Both the position numbers and the translations under genes were made by a program. Shown one piece after another: positions 1-15,899 of a DNA stretch of 64,000 nucleotides. The stretch is taken from NCBI GenBank assembly GCA_009914755.4, contig CP086569.2:5824001-5888000 (forward strand). The letters are read 5' to 3'. The stretch comes from the human T2T-CHM13v2.0 reference genome, Homo sapiens. Under the pieces are notes generated by a model. That model did not search any database, was not told the origin of the DNA, and worked only from the letters and a program-made list of their open reading frames with translations. Position 1 is the stretch's first letter. Each line of letters opens with the position of its first letter.

Positions 1-468
1 CTCCAAGCCATCACAGCTGATATCTCCTGGTGCTATCCCCCAAACTGCCACTCTTAACTCTTGAAGTAAATAAATAATCTTTGCTGACAGGACTATGGTG
101 AATTTCCTCAGGCACTCTAATTAGATGTCCTAGGTCCTCCCAATTCTTAGACCTTTAATACCTGTTTTTCTCCTTCTCTTATTCCGTTTAGTTTTTCAAT
201 TCATACAAAACCATATCCAGGCCATCACCAATAATTCTAAATGACAAATGTTTCTTCTAACAGTCCCACAATATCACCCCTTACCACAAAATCTTCCTTC
301 AGCTTAATCTCTCCCACTCTAGGTTCCCACGCCACCCCTAATGCTGCTCGAAGCAGCCCTGAGAAACATTGCCCATTATCTCTCCATACCACCCCCAAAA
401 ATTTTCACCATCCCAACACTTTACCACTATTTCATTTTGTTTTTCTTATTAATATAAGAAGACAGGAA
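1..468 (+). mobile_element. Possible HERV-H internal (3'-terminal) remnant directly upstream of LTR7. It could equally be unrelated flank.
   Basis: Runs without a break into the LTR7 start through a purine-rich tract (aatataagaagacagga) placed like a retroviral polypurine tract. I cannot confirm HERVH-int homology from memory. The 104-codon ORF at 241-555 spans the LTR boundary, so it is not a gene. Confidence 0.25.
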
Positions 469-879
469 TGTCAGGCCTCTGAGCCCAAGCTAAGCCATCA
501 TATCCCTTGTGACCTACAAGTACACATCCAGATGGCTGGTTCCTGCCTTAACTGATGACATTCCACCACAAAAGAAGTGAAAATGGCCTGTTCCTGCCTT
601 AACTGATGACATTGTCTTGTGAAATTCCTTCTCCTGGCTCATCCTGGCTCAAAAGCTCCCCTACTGAGCACCTTGTGACCCCCACTCTGCCTGCCAGAGA
701 ACAACCCCCCTTTGACTGTAATTTTCCTTTACCTACTCAAATCCTATAAAACTGCCCCACTCCCATCTCCCTTCACTGACCCTTTTCAGACTCAGCCCAC
801 CTGCATCCAGGTGAAATAAACAGCTTTATTGCTCACACAAAGCCTATTTGGTGGTCTCTTCACACGGAAGCGAATGAAA
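469..879 (+). mobile_element. LTR7 (HERV-H long terminal repeat), solo LTR or 3' LTR
   Basis: Starts tgtcaggcctctgagcccaagctaagccatcatatccc. Contains the typical duplicated motif ggttcctgccttaactgatgacatt (x2). Has the segments ctcctggctcatcctggctcaaaagctcccc, aacaacccccctttgactgtaattttcc and aataaacagctttattgctcacacaaagcct. Ends ggtggtctcttcacacgga-gcg-atgaaa. This is a near full-length match to the LTR7 consensus as I recall it. Confidence 0.8.
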
Positions 880-1556
880 ATATTAATATAAAAACAGACA
901 CATAGATTAATGGAAAAGAGTAGTAAACTCAGAAGTAAAACCACACACTTACAATTATCTGATCATCAACAAGGCCGACAAAACCAAGCAATGGGAAAAG
1001 CACTACCTATTCAATATATACTGCTGGGATAACTGGCTAGTTATAAATGCAGAAGAATGAAACTGTACTCTTGCCTTTCATCATCTACAAAAATTACTCC
1101 AAGATGAATTAATTAAATTTAAGATATCAGTCTATAAAAAACTTAGAAGAAAACCTAGGAAATATCCTCCTCAACACGGGCCTTGGCAAATAATTTTTGG
1201 CTGAGTTCTCAAAAGCAATTGCAAATATATGCCAAAAATTGGCAACTGGTACATAATTAAAATCTTCCACACAGCTAAAGAAACTATTAATAGAGTAAAC
1301 AGACTACCTACACAATGGGAGAAAATATTTGCAAACTACACATCTGAAAAGGTCTAATATCCAGAAACTACAAGGAACTTAAGCAATTCAATAGTTTAAA
1401 AAACAAATAAAAACATTAAAAAATGGGCATAATATAATCATAGACAAAAGACATACATGCAGTCAAAAATTACATATAAAAATACTAATCATTAGAGAAA
1501 TGTAAATCAAAACCACAATGAGATACCATCTTACACTGGTCAGAATGCCTGTTCTT
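880..1556 (+). mobile_element. Older L1 (L1PB/L1MA-like) ORF2 C-terminal region: left half of an element split by a younger L1 insertion
   Basis: The + frame reads like L1 ORF2 C-terminal sequence (...[23 protein letters not shown]...MRYHLTLVRM). It ends abruptly at cagaatgcctgttc and resumes at 6851. Confidence 0.7.
1547..1556. repeat. Target-site duplication, left copy (gcctgttctt), of the L1PA insertion
   Basis: Same 8-10 bp appears at 6841-6850. Exact length is ambiguous because gcc/atgcc also matches the L1 inter-ORF end and the T-run. Confidence 0.55.
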
Positions 1557-1800
1557 TTTTTTTTTTTCCTATGTTTCTTTCATTTTTTTTTTTATTATTA
1601 TACTTTAAGTTTTAGGGTACATGTGCACAATGTGCAGGTTAGTTACATATGTATACATGTGCCATGCTGGTGTGCTGCACCCATTAACTCAACATTTAGC
1701 ATTAGGTATATCTCCTAATGCTATCCCTTGCCCCTTCCCCAACCCACAACAGTCCCCAGAGTGTGATGTTCCCCTTCCTGTGTCCATGTGTTCTCATTGT

Positions 1801-5534
<3,734 letters not shown>

Positions 5535-5845
5535 CTAACTGGGAGGCACCCCCCAGTAGGGGCAGACTGTCACCTCACACGGCCAGGTACTCCACTGAGA
5601 CAAAACTTCCAGAGGAAAGATCAGATAGCAGCATTCGCGGATCACAAAAATCCGTGGTTCTGCAGACACTGCTGCTGATACCCAGGCAAACAGGGTCTGG
5701 AGTGGACCTCTAGCAAACTCCAACAGACCCGCAGCTGAGGGTCCTGTCTGTTAGAAGGAAAACTAACAAACAGAAAGGACATCCACACCAAAAACCCATC
5801 TGTACAACATCATCATCAAAGACCAAAAGTAGATAAAACCACAAA

Positions 5846-6700
5846 GATGGGGAAAAAACTGGAAACTCTAAAAAGCAGAGCACCTCTCCTCCTCCAAAGG
5901 AACGCAGTTCCTCACCAGCAATGGAACAAAGCTGGATGGAGAATGACTTTGACGATTTGAGAGAAGAAGGTTTCAGACGATCAAACTACTCCGAGCTACA
6001 GGAGGAAATTCAAACTAAAGGCAAAGAAGTTGAAAACTTTGAAAAAAATTTACATGAATGTATAACTAGAATAACCAATACAGAGAAGTGCTTAAAGGAG
6101 CTGATGGAGGTGAAAGCCAAGGCTCGAGAACTAAGTGAAGAATGCAGAAGCCTCAGGAACTGATGCAATCAACTGGAAGAAAGGGTATCAGTGATGGAAG
6201 ATGAAATGAATGAAATGAAGCGAGAAGGGAAGTTTAGAGAAAAAAGAATAAAAAGAAATGAGCAAAGCCTCCAAGAAATATGGGACCATGTGAAAAGACC
6301 AAATCTGCATCTGATTGGTTTACCTCAAAGTGATAGGGAGAATGGAACCAAGTTGGAAAACACTCTGCAGGATATTATCCAGGAGAACTTCCCCAATCTA
6401 GCAAGGCAGGCCAATATTCAGATTCAGGAAATACAGAGAACACCACAAAGATACTCCTTGAGAAGAGCAACTCCAAGACACATAATTGTCAGATTCACCA
6501 AAGTTGAAATGAAGGAAAAAATGTTAAGGGCAGCCAGAGAGAAAGGTCGGGTTACCCACAAAGGGAAGCCCATCAGACTAACAGCGGATCTCTTGGCAGA
6601 AACTCTAGAAGCCAGAGAGAGTGGGGGCCAATATTCAACATTCTTAAAGAAAATAATTTTCAACCCAGAATTTCATATCCAGCCAAACTAAGGTTCATAA
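5846..6700 (+). pseudogene. L1 ORF1 remnant on the inverted 5' segment
   Basis: Begins atggggaaaaaactggaaactctaaaaag. Track ORFs 5921-6163 and 6191-6691 match L1 ORF1p (MKREGKFREKRIKRNEQSLQEIWD..., ARQANIQIQEIQRTPQRYS..., RHIIVRFTKVEMKEKMLRAAREKGRVT). There is a stop at 6161 and a 1-bp deletion near 6610. Confidence 0.8.
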
Positions 6701-6840
6701 GTGAAGGAGAAATAAAATCCTTGACAGAAAGCAAATCCTGAGAGATTTTGTCACCACCAGGCCTGCCCTAAAAGAGCTCCTGAAGGAAGCACTAAACATG
6801 GAAAGGCACAACCGACCAGTACCAGCCACTGCAAAATCAT

Positions 6841-6850
6841 GCCTGTTCTT
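6841..6850. repeat. Target-site duplication, right copy, of the L1PA insertion
   Basis: gcctgttctt follows the L1 inter-ORF end (...caaaatcatgcc) and matches 1547-1556. Confidence 0.55.
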
Positions 6851-7515
6851 AAAAAATAAAAAACAGCAGATATTGGTGAGGTTGTGGAAGAAAAGAAATG
6901 CTTATACACTGTTGATGGGAATGTAAATTAGTTCAGACACTACGGAAAGTAGTTGAGAGCTTTCTTAAATAACTTAGCTATTTCTTAAATAACACAGAGC
7001 TACCATTTGACCCATTAATACTGCTACTGAATATATACACAAAGGAAAATAGATCATTAAATCAAAAGACACATGCACTCATATGTTCATTGCTAGGCTC
7101 TTCACAATAGCAAAGACATGCAATTAACCTAGTGCCCATCAGTGGTAGGTTGAATGAAAAAAATGTCATACATATACACCATAGAATACTATGCAGCCAT
7201 AAAAAAAATTAAATTATGTCTTTTGCAGCAACATGGATAAAGCTGGAGGCCATAATTCTAAGTGAACTAACACAAAAACCAAAAATCAAATACTGCATGT
7301 TCTCACTTGTAAGTGGGAGCTCAACATTGTGTACACATGGACATAAACATGGGAATAATAGATACTAGAGACTACTAGTCAGGAGAGAGTGTGGGGCTTG
7401 GGTTGAAAAACTACTTATTAGATACTAGGCCCAATATCCTGCATGCAATACACCCCTGTAACAAACCTGCACAAGTACCCCCTATACCTAAAGTAAAAGT
7501 TGAAATAAAAAAACT
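6851..7515 (+). mobile_element. Older L1 (same element as 880-1556) continuing: ORF2 C-terminus, 3'UTR and poly(A)
   Basis: Reads ...GEVVEEKKCLYTVDGNVN.FRHYGK...IPLDPLILLLNIYTKEN... then an old-L1 3'UTR (actgcatgttctcacttgtaagtgggagctcaacatt...acaaacctgcacaagtacccc) ending a-rich at about 7515. Restores contiguity with 1556. Confidence 0.7.
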
Positions 7516-8622
7516 CAGGATAAAAAATCCTTTATATTTTTAAAAAATTAATAAGTAAGCTTGAAAGCAAGAAGACACAGTCTTCAGGTAACATACATAA
7601 TCTAATAAGAAACTTATAGCCATTAATTAGAGGGATGTAATCCTTTATGAAACTCTGAGATAATTGACATATTCCCCAGGATAGTTATTTTTTTTTTTGG
7701 CCAAAATATCTCATACATTTCAGGATATTTGGCTTTTCTGGACCCATTCACACTAAATGCCAATAAGATCCAATAGTCATTGCAACAAGTAATAATGCAT
7801 CAACTAGAAGAAAATTTATTACGAGGTTAATGAAGCTCAAATTTAAGGGTCTGCCATTAAATGAACTCCTCCCAGATCCCTGTACCTAATTTTGTATTTG
7901 TAAATTTGTATTATTCTTTAAAAGACATTAAGAGTTGTATAAAACTTCAGACCCCCCAGTTCTAGATTTTACCCTGACTCAAACATTGTCAAACTCCGTC
8001 AGCCTAGGGAAGGAGGGACAGATACATTCTCAATTGAGAAACAGTGTTTTCAGGAAAAGGGATATTTACACACAAGTGAGGATTGGAACTGAGCCTATAG
8101 TCTATTTGTGTGTTGGATTCCTGAAAGTCCTCCCCTCTATATATCCAGAAGTGTGAAAATGATTGTGACATGTGTGACCCTAAATGTGGATAAGGAAGAC
8201 TCTTTTTCCCGGCCTCAAAAAATGGATTACTAGTGAATTTTTTGTCCTGAAATATGAGTCTAAGGAATTCATCTGCAATAAACCAACATCACTATGTGTT
8301 TCAACCATGTGTGTTTGAGGGCTGAAATTACCAACTTATGTAACAATTTTCAGCCAAAAAATTAAGACAATAAATCCTATGAGGATGATCTTACTAATAA
8401 AAATTACAAAATACCTCCCAAATCTCACCACTACAAGGCAAAGTTAGCATATGTAACAAATAGAAGAATTCACACTGGAGAAAATAAAAATAATAACACG
8501 AGCATATGTTATGTCACAGGAATTTAAGGTGCCACATTCCTGTGACAATCTGGAAAAGCCAAAAAAAAAAGTCCTACAGCTTGAAGATCTTTATAATCTG
8601 TCTTTCGGCATAAAATTAAAGG

Positions 8623-8654
8623 TTTTTTTTGTTTTTTTTTTTTTTTTTTTTTTT
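8623..8654. repeat. Poly(T) tract of about 32 nt
   Basis: Homopolymer run read directly. Confidence 0.95.
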
Positions 8655-10861
8655 AAATCAGACCTATGAAACCAGTTCAGACTAAGAACCTCAAGAATGC
8701 TCTGGATTCCAGCTTGAGATGATCTTTGGGTTTGACTGTTGACTCTATCCTATTCTGACAACAAAATCAACTTCTAGGAGTTTCAGAACTTTTAGAAATG
8801 TGATGTAAGCTATTGTTCATTTTCTTATAAACATGATCACATATGTATATAACAAATTTTGTATACAACATCAAGATCATCACAAATTACCCAACATTTA
8901 TTACTGTACCCCAAAGCAGTCATAAACCCTGGTTAACAACACCTATTATAGATAATAATATCTATGTATAGAAGCAACTGTTGAAATCCTTTAGATTTTA
9001 TGTATCGCAAAAAATTGGGGTTCTATGAAGAGGCTTATATCTCAGCCCTTGTTTATTTCCTCTATGTTGTACTTCCATTTGGTACAGATATAATATAACC
9101 TGTATATATTATTTAGCTACAGAAAGCATCAAGTAATTTGAGCAAATTCATACTTTTTCATAGATCATTAAATTTCACAATGCTCTTAATCCATACCCTT
9201 TCAGAGGTGGAGAGTAGGAGATCCAAGCTAAAATGTTAAAAGTATATAACAAATAAATATGTTAAGATAAAATAAAACTTGAAATTAGTATATAATTGAA
9301 ATAGTGATAGAAGATAAATAAGATAAGGTCAGAAGTGACAATGGCTTAAAGATGCATGTTAAAATTACGTAGTATATTTTCCATACCAGGATGCAAATGT
9401 GACTTAAGCTTTCAAGTAGAAAATGTGAACCCCAAAAATCTGAGACAGGTCTCAGTTAATTTAAAAAGTTTATTTTGCCAAGGTAGAGGATGCAGGCCTG
9501 TGACACAGCCTCATGAGATCCTGACAATATGTTCCCAAAGTGGTCAGAGCACTGTTTGATTTTATGGATTCCAGGGAGACATGAGACATCAATCAACATT
9601 TCCAAGATGAGCATTGGTTTGGTCTGGAAAGGGACAACTCAAAGCAAAGGTGGGAAGACTGAAAGCAGGGAGAGGACTTCCAGGTCATAGGTAGGTAAGA
9701 GACAAATAGCTGCATTCTTTTGAATTTCTGATTAGCCTCTCCCAAGGAGGGAATCAGATATGCATTTATCTCAGTGAGCAGAGGAGTGACTTTGAAAAGC
9801 ATGGGAGGCAGGTTGGCCCTAAGCAGTTTCTAGCTTGACTTTTCCCCTTTCACAAAAATGTAAAGCATTATTTTCTGATATTGCTTAATCCAAGAATATA
9901 TTTAAAAGCATATAAATCTGGGATCAGAAAACACTTTCTTTAAATAGTGAATAGTTTAAATATTGCGAGCCATATGGTCTCAAACTCATATTCTTTGCTT
10001 TTTTTGTTTTCTGTTTATTTTATATTAGTTTGTTTTACAGCCCTTAAAAACTGTAAAAGACTTTCTTAGCTCCCAGGCCATACAAAAACAGATCCATAAG
10101 TTTGCCAACCTCTGATATGGAAATTTGATTGACTAAGGATTCTTTAAACAATTTTGCATAGATATTGCCTCTTTCTACTGAAATTTGCTAAGACAGCAAT
10201 GCTAAATTTCAAGTCGTGCTTACTAATAAGTACCTGATTTATAACCCTTCTTATTTACCAGTTAATTATGAAAGCTATATTATTTCCCAGCAAGTCAAGT
10301 TAGGGATATAATTGCTATTGTCTTGAAAAAGTTTAGAAACCTGACTGTTATTTTGGTTTTCTTGAGAGCAGATGCCAATATGAGATTAGATATTCAAGAC
10401 ATATGTTTAAAGTAATGTTTATGGAAGATAAACAGAAAAAGCAGAGATAATCTTCATACAGTAATACCGAAACCTGTGAAAGAACAAACCATAGGGAGGT
10501 GGATTGAATATGAAAAGATCCAGACTGTAGCACAGCTTTGAAAAAGATTTGGTCAGGCCATAAAATAGTGCTATGTCCCACAGAGAATACTCATAGTCTG
10601 TTATTGACTGAGGTATTCCAGAAGAAATGTGGACTCAGCACAAAGCAGAGATATATCTAGAGGAACAGTGGCTAGGATTTTCAGCCAACTACACTTCCCA
10701 GAGCAAAAGATCTGAGTGACACATTTCCCTGTCTGCCTACACTGACAAAAAAACACAGTTTTTAAAGAATGGCAAATTTGTCAAATAATTATGTACAAAA
10801 AAGCATCAGTAATTTAAAAGAGAATTATTTCAGCCTTTTTTACATTTTATTTTTTAAGTGG

Positions 10862-11145
10862 AAGATTTTTATTATTTTATTTTTATAGATTTTTAATTTT
10901 TAATTTTTATGAGCACATAGTGGGTGTGTATATTTATGGGGTATATAAAATGTTTTGATAGAGGCATGCAATATGAAATAATTAATCACTTCACAGAAAA
11001 TGGGGTATCCATTTCTTCAAGCATTTATCCTTTGAGTTACAAACAATCCAATTACACCCTTTAAGTTATTTTAAAATGTACAATTAAGTTATTGTTGATT
11101 TTAGTCACCTTGTTGTGCTATCAAATAGTAGGTCTTATTCATTCG
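10862..11145 (-). mobile_element. Old L1 (L1PB/L1MA-type) 3'UTR terminal fragment
   Basis: Reverse complement of the conserved old-L1 3' end (ggggtatccat...tttgagttacaaacaatccaattacaccctttaagttattttaaaatgtacaattaagttattgttga..tagtcacc.tgttgtgctatcaaatagtaggtcttattcatt). A + strand copy of the same motif block is at 45590-45920. Confidence 0.6.
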
Positions 11146-11158
11146 ATAATAGAATTGA

Positions 11159-12295
<1,137 letters not shown>

Positions 12296-12477
12296 GGTCC
12301 CGATCCAGATCCCGAGATGGTTCTTGGATCTCACACAGGAAAAAATTCAGGGTGAGTCTGCAGTGCAAAGTAAATACAACTTTATTAAGAGAGTAAAGTG
12401 GTGAAAGAACAGCTACTCCATAGAGTAGGACATTCCTGAAAGTAAGAGGAGGAACACATCCACCCTAGTTACAATGC

Positions 12478-12478
12478 T

Positions 12479-12510
<32 letters not shown>

Positions 12511-12955
12511 CATGTGTGTGTGTGTATATATATACACATACATATATATATACATATATACATATGCATATGTATATGCATGTGCATATACATATATGTA
12601 TATACGTATATGCATATGCATATGTATATACGTATATACGTATATGCATATGCATATGTATATATTTATGTGTATATATGTGTATATATGTGCATATGTA
12701 TATATATGTATATATGTGTATATGTATATTTATGTATATATGTGTATATGTATATATGTATATAAGTATATATGTATGCATATGTATATATGTATATACA
12801 TATATGTGTATATGTATATATACACATATATATGTATATACATATATACACATACATATATGTATATACATATATACACACATATATATGTATATACATA
12901 TATATACACACATATATATGTATATACATATATATACACATACATATATATATGA
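12478..12955. repeat. Compound microsatellite (TG)n-(TATATG/CATATA/TATACA)n, about 480 bp
   Basis: tgtgtgtg... runs into imperfect tatatgta / catatgca / tatacata units. It generates the Tyr/Ile/Cys/His-rich artefact ORFs on both strands at 12413-13050. Confidence 0.95.
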
Positions 12956-13329
12956 TACAAATAGATCTTGGAGAGATGTGTTCTGATGCAAGGGTTTGTG
13001 ATAAAGGATTAATTACTACATTTTGCAAGAATCAATATTATTATCTTTAAAGCAAAATTAGGAATGCCCTTGTTCTCCAGATATGGGGATATCTGGACAT
13101 GCCCAAGTCTGGGTCTGTTTCAGTAAACTTCATTAATTTGTTCCCGTAATGGTAAGCATCTAGAGTCTAGGAATTTCTAATTTTCTGGGAATGCAGCCAA
13201 GCAAGTCTCGGCGTCATTTTCCTGGTCCTCACTCAAAATGGAGTCACTCTGGTTTGAACGCCTCTGACACAATGATTGTGCAGGAGCATGCTATTTAATT
13301 TCTATGTATTTGTTTAATTCACAAAGTTT

Positions 13330-14700
13330 CTCTTGGTATTCATTTCTAGCTTTATTCCACTGTGGTGTGAGAAGATACTTGATGAGGTTTTAATTTTTAA
13401 AATATATTGACTTGTTTTGTAGCCTAATATGAGATCTATCTTAGAAAATGTTACATGTACTGATAAAAATACTTTGTAGTCTGTAATTCTTGTGTAGAAT
13501 GTTATGTAAATATCTGTTTAGTCCATTTGATCTAAGATCTAATTTAAGTCCAATCTTTCTTTGTTAGTCTCTGTCTTAATGATCTATTTTGAGCTGTTAG
13601 TGGGGTGTTGAAGTCTCTGACTATTATTGTATTGCTTTCTATGTATTTTTTTAGGTCCAGTAATATTTGTTTTGTAAATTTAGATACTTCAATGTTAGGC
13701 ACATATATATTTAGACCTGTTGTAGCCTCTTGCTGAATTGATCCCTTTATTATATAATGACATTCGTTGTCTTTTTAAAATTGTTTCTGATTTAAAGTCT
13801 ACTTTAGCTGATATAAGTATAGCTACTCCTGCTCACTTTTTGTTTCCATTTGTGTGAAATATCTTTTTCTACCCCTTTACTTTCAATCTGTATGTACTTT
13901 TATTGGTTAGATAAGTTTCTTTTAAGCAGGATATAGTTGGATCACTTTTTAAGTCCATTCTATCGATCTATTTTTTAAGTGCAGCATTTAGTCCATTTGT
14001 ATTCAGGATTAATATTAATATGTGATTCATTGTCCTGGTAATATTGTTAATTGTTTTCAAATTGTTTTTACGAATTTTTGTTTCCCTTTTATTCTCTTTT
14101 TGTCTTTGTGGTTTCAGAAAATTCTGTCATGTTGCCATTTCATTCTTTCTCTTCCCCCTTTATGTGCTTGTTTTCTGAGAACTGTGTGTTTTATACTTCC
14201 ATGGGTTTTTATGATAGCGAATGTCAACCTTTCATTTCCATATTTAAGGCTTCTTTGAGCATTTCCTGTATTGCTAGTCTAGTGGCAAATTCACTTAGCA
14301 TTTGCTTATATGAATAAAATTTTATTTCTCCTTCATTTGTGAAGCTTATTCCAAATAAAATTCTTCGTGGACAGTGTTTTTCTTTTAGCACCTTAAAAAT
14401 GCAGTTTCATTCTCTTATGGCCTGTAAGGTTTCTGCTGGAAAGTTCAATGTTAATCTAACAGAGTTTCCTTCATAGCTTACTAGATACATTTTTCTTGTT
14501 AATTTTAAAATTCTTTCTTTTACTTGAACTTTAGACATTCTGAATACAGTGTTTCATGTTAAAGTAATTTTTGCAATGTGTTTGTCTGAGTAGCACTGGG
14601 TTTCTGTACCTCAATGCCTAACTCTCTTGCTAAACTTGAAAAGTTTACATCGATTACTTCCTTAAATATGTTTTCTATAACTTTTATTTCCATTCCCCCA
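13330..14700 (-). mobile_element. Old L1 (L1M/L1PB-type) ORF2 N-terminal region and ORF1 region, 5'-truncated
   Basis: Reverse complement matches L1 ORF2 endonuclease sequence (...tccactgtggtgtgagaagatacttgat...) and ORF1 C-terminal sequence (cattctcttatggcctgtaaggtttctgctg). Confidence 0.55.
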
Positions 14701-14782
14701 CAGTAATACCAATAATTTGTAAATTAATCAATTTATTTAGTCCCAGATGTCTCAAAGACTTTTTAAAATCAACTTTTAGATT

Positions 14783-15157
14783 TTGTTATCAAATACTCCT
14801 GAATGCAGGAACAGCATAATAGGACATACTCAGTGCCCTGGATTACCACACTTAATTGAAGTAAACCATGATGTAAATAAAATAAATGTTGAGATGGATT
14901 GTTTATCCAGTGAAATAATGAGTTTACTTCTTCTTGCTGATGGAGTAGCAGTTAATACTAACAAAAAAGACGAAATTTCAGATGCTGTGGTAAGAAGGAA
15001 ACTAAACTTTTCAATTACACCTCAGAATGTTTTAATGAGTAGCTCTGAAAAAATTATGCCATCACAAAATGACATCTCACAAACTAACATTTCTCAGTCA
15101 GTTCTATTTGATAATAAAAATCTCATTACTGAATGCCACCGTGTTAATTCAACCTAA
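14783..15157 (+). other. Unassigned 124-codon ORF in repeat-free DNA. No recognisable domain. Probably non-coding.
   Basis: From the ORF track. The product is Ser/Asn/Ile-rich low-complexity sequence. I recognise no homology. One ORF of this length is roughly the chance expectation for 64 kb of AT-rich DNA. Confidence 0.12.
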
Positions 15158-15342
15158 ACTGTCATAGTCCATCCATTTAGCTGGAGAGACATCAAGAACA
15201 TGCCAGACACATTTTATTTGGTGGTAAGCTGATTGCTTTTTCACCTTTAAGCCTCTCTGTGTAGAACAATCAGAAGAATTTTAAATTTAAAAGTAAAACA
15301 AAATACTTCCTTCTGTATTTTTAATGCTGTAATATATTCTTT

Positions 15343-15613
15343 CTTTTTTGGACAGGATCTCATTCTGTGTGTAGACTGGAGTACGGTGACATGACCACAG
15401 TGTGCTGTAGCCTCAACCTCCTGGGCTCAAGCTATCCAAAGGAGCTGGGACTACAGGCACACACAGCTATGGGTGGCTATTTTTTTTTTAATTTTGTAGA
15501 TACAGGGTCTCACTAAGTTGCCCAGGCTGGTCTCAATCTCCCGACCTCAAGGAATCCTCCTGCCTTTGCCTCCCAAAGTGCTGAAATTACAGGCATGAGC
15601 CTCTATGCCTAGT
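15343..15613 (-). mobile_element. Alu (older, AluJ/Sx-like) flanked by perfect 16-bp TSDs
   Basis: Reverse complement of a dimeric Alu (...ggctcaagctatcc...ctgggactacaggcacacac... / ...gtctcactaagttgcccaggctggtctcaatctcc...). TSD ctgtaatatattcttt sits at 15327-15342 and 15614-15629. Confidence 0.9.
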
Positions 15614-15899
15614 CTGTAATATATTCTTTAGACTATTAAAAATTTGGGTAATATATATGTATATTCACGTCTATTGAATCTACTTGTGTAATATTATCTG
15701 TTTAAATGTTAATTGTTAAGTGAACTGTATGTTTTCAGCTATATATCTCAGCAATATATTCCAATTTAGATACAATACTGTTTTTCAAGGGAGGTGGAAA
15801 TATTTTGTACATTAACCATGCAAAATAAAATTGTACTTTAAAATACATTGATTTTTAGATGTTAAAACAACTTTGCATTCTTGGGACAAATCTGAGATA

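Noticed and set aside
1518-1718. Recurrent 60-75-aa ORFs sharing ...YTLSFRVHVHNVQVSYICIHVPCWCAAPINS... (also 17703-17906 and 40705-40932)
   Set aside because: All are the reverse complement of the L1PA 3'UTR. The recurrence reflects three L1 3' ends and is not a conserved protein.
5921-6691. Two + strand ORFs (80 and 166 aa) with coiled-coil-like sequence
   Set aside because: They are L1 ORF1p fragments (coiled-coil and RRM regions) on the inverted 5' segment of the twin-primed L1. They are interrupted by a stop and a 1-bp deletion.
12478-12955. Possible CRISPR-like array
   Set aside because: No unit-length direct repeats separated by unique spacers. It is a degenerate di-/hexanucleotide microsatellite in a eukaryotic genome.
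12413-13050. Cluster of overlapping ORFs on both strands (up to 192 aa), rich in Tyr, Ile, Cys and His
   Set aside because: Translation artefacts of the (TG)n/(TATATG)n microsatellite. Every frame of such a repeat lacks stop codons.
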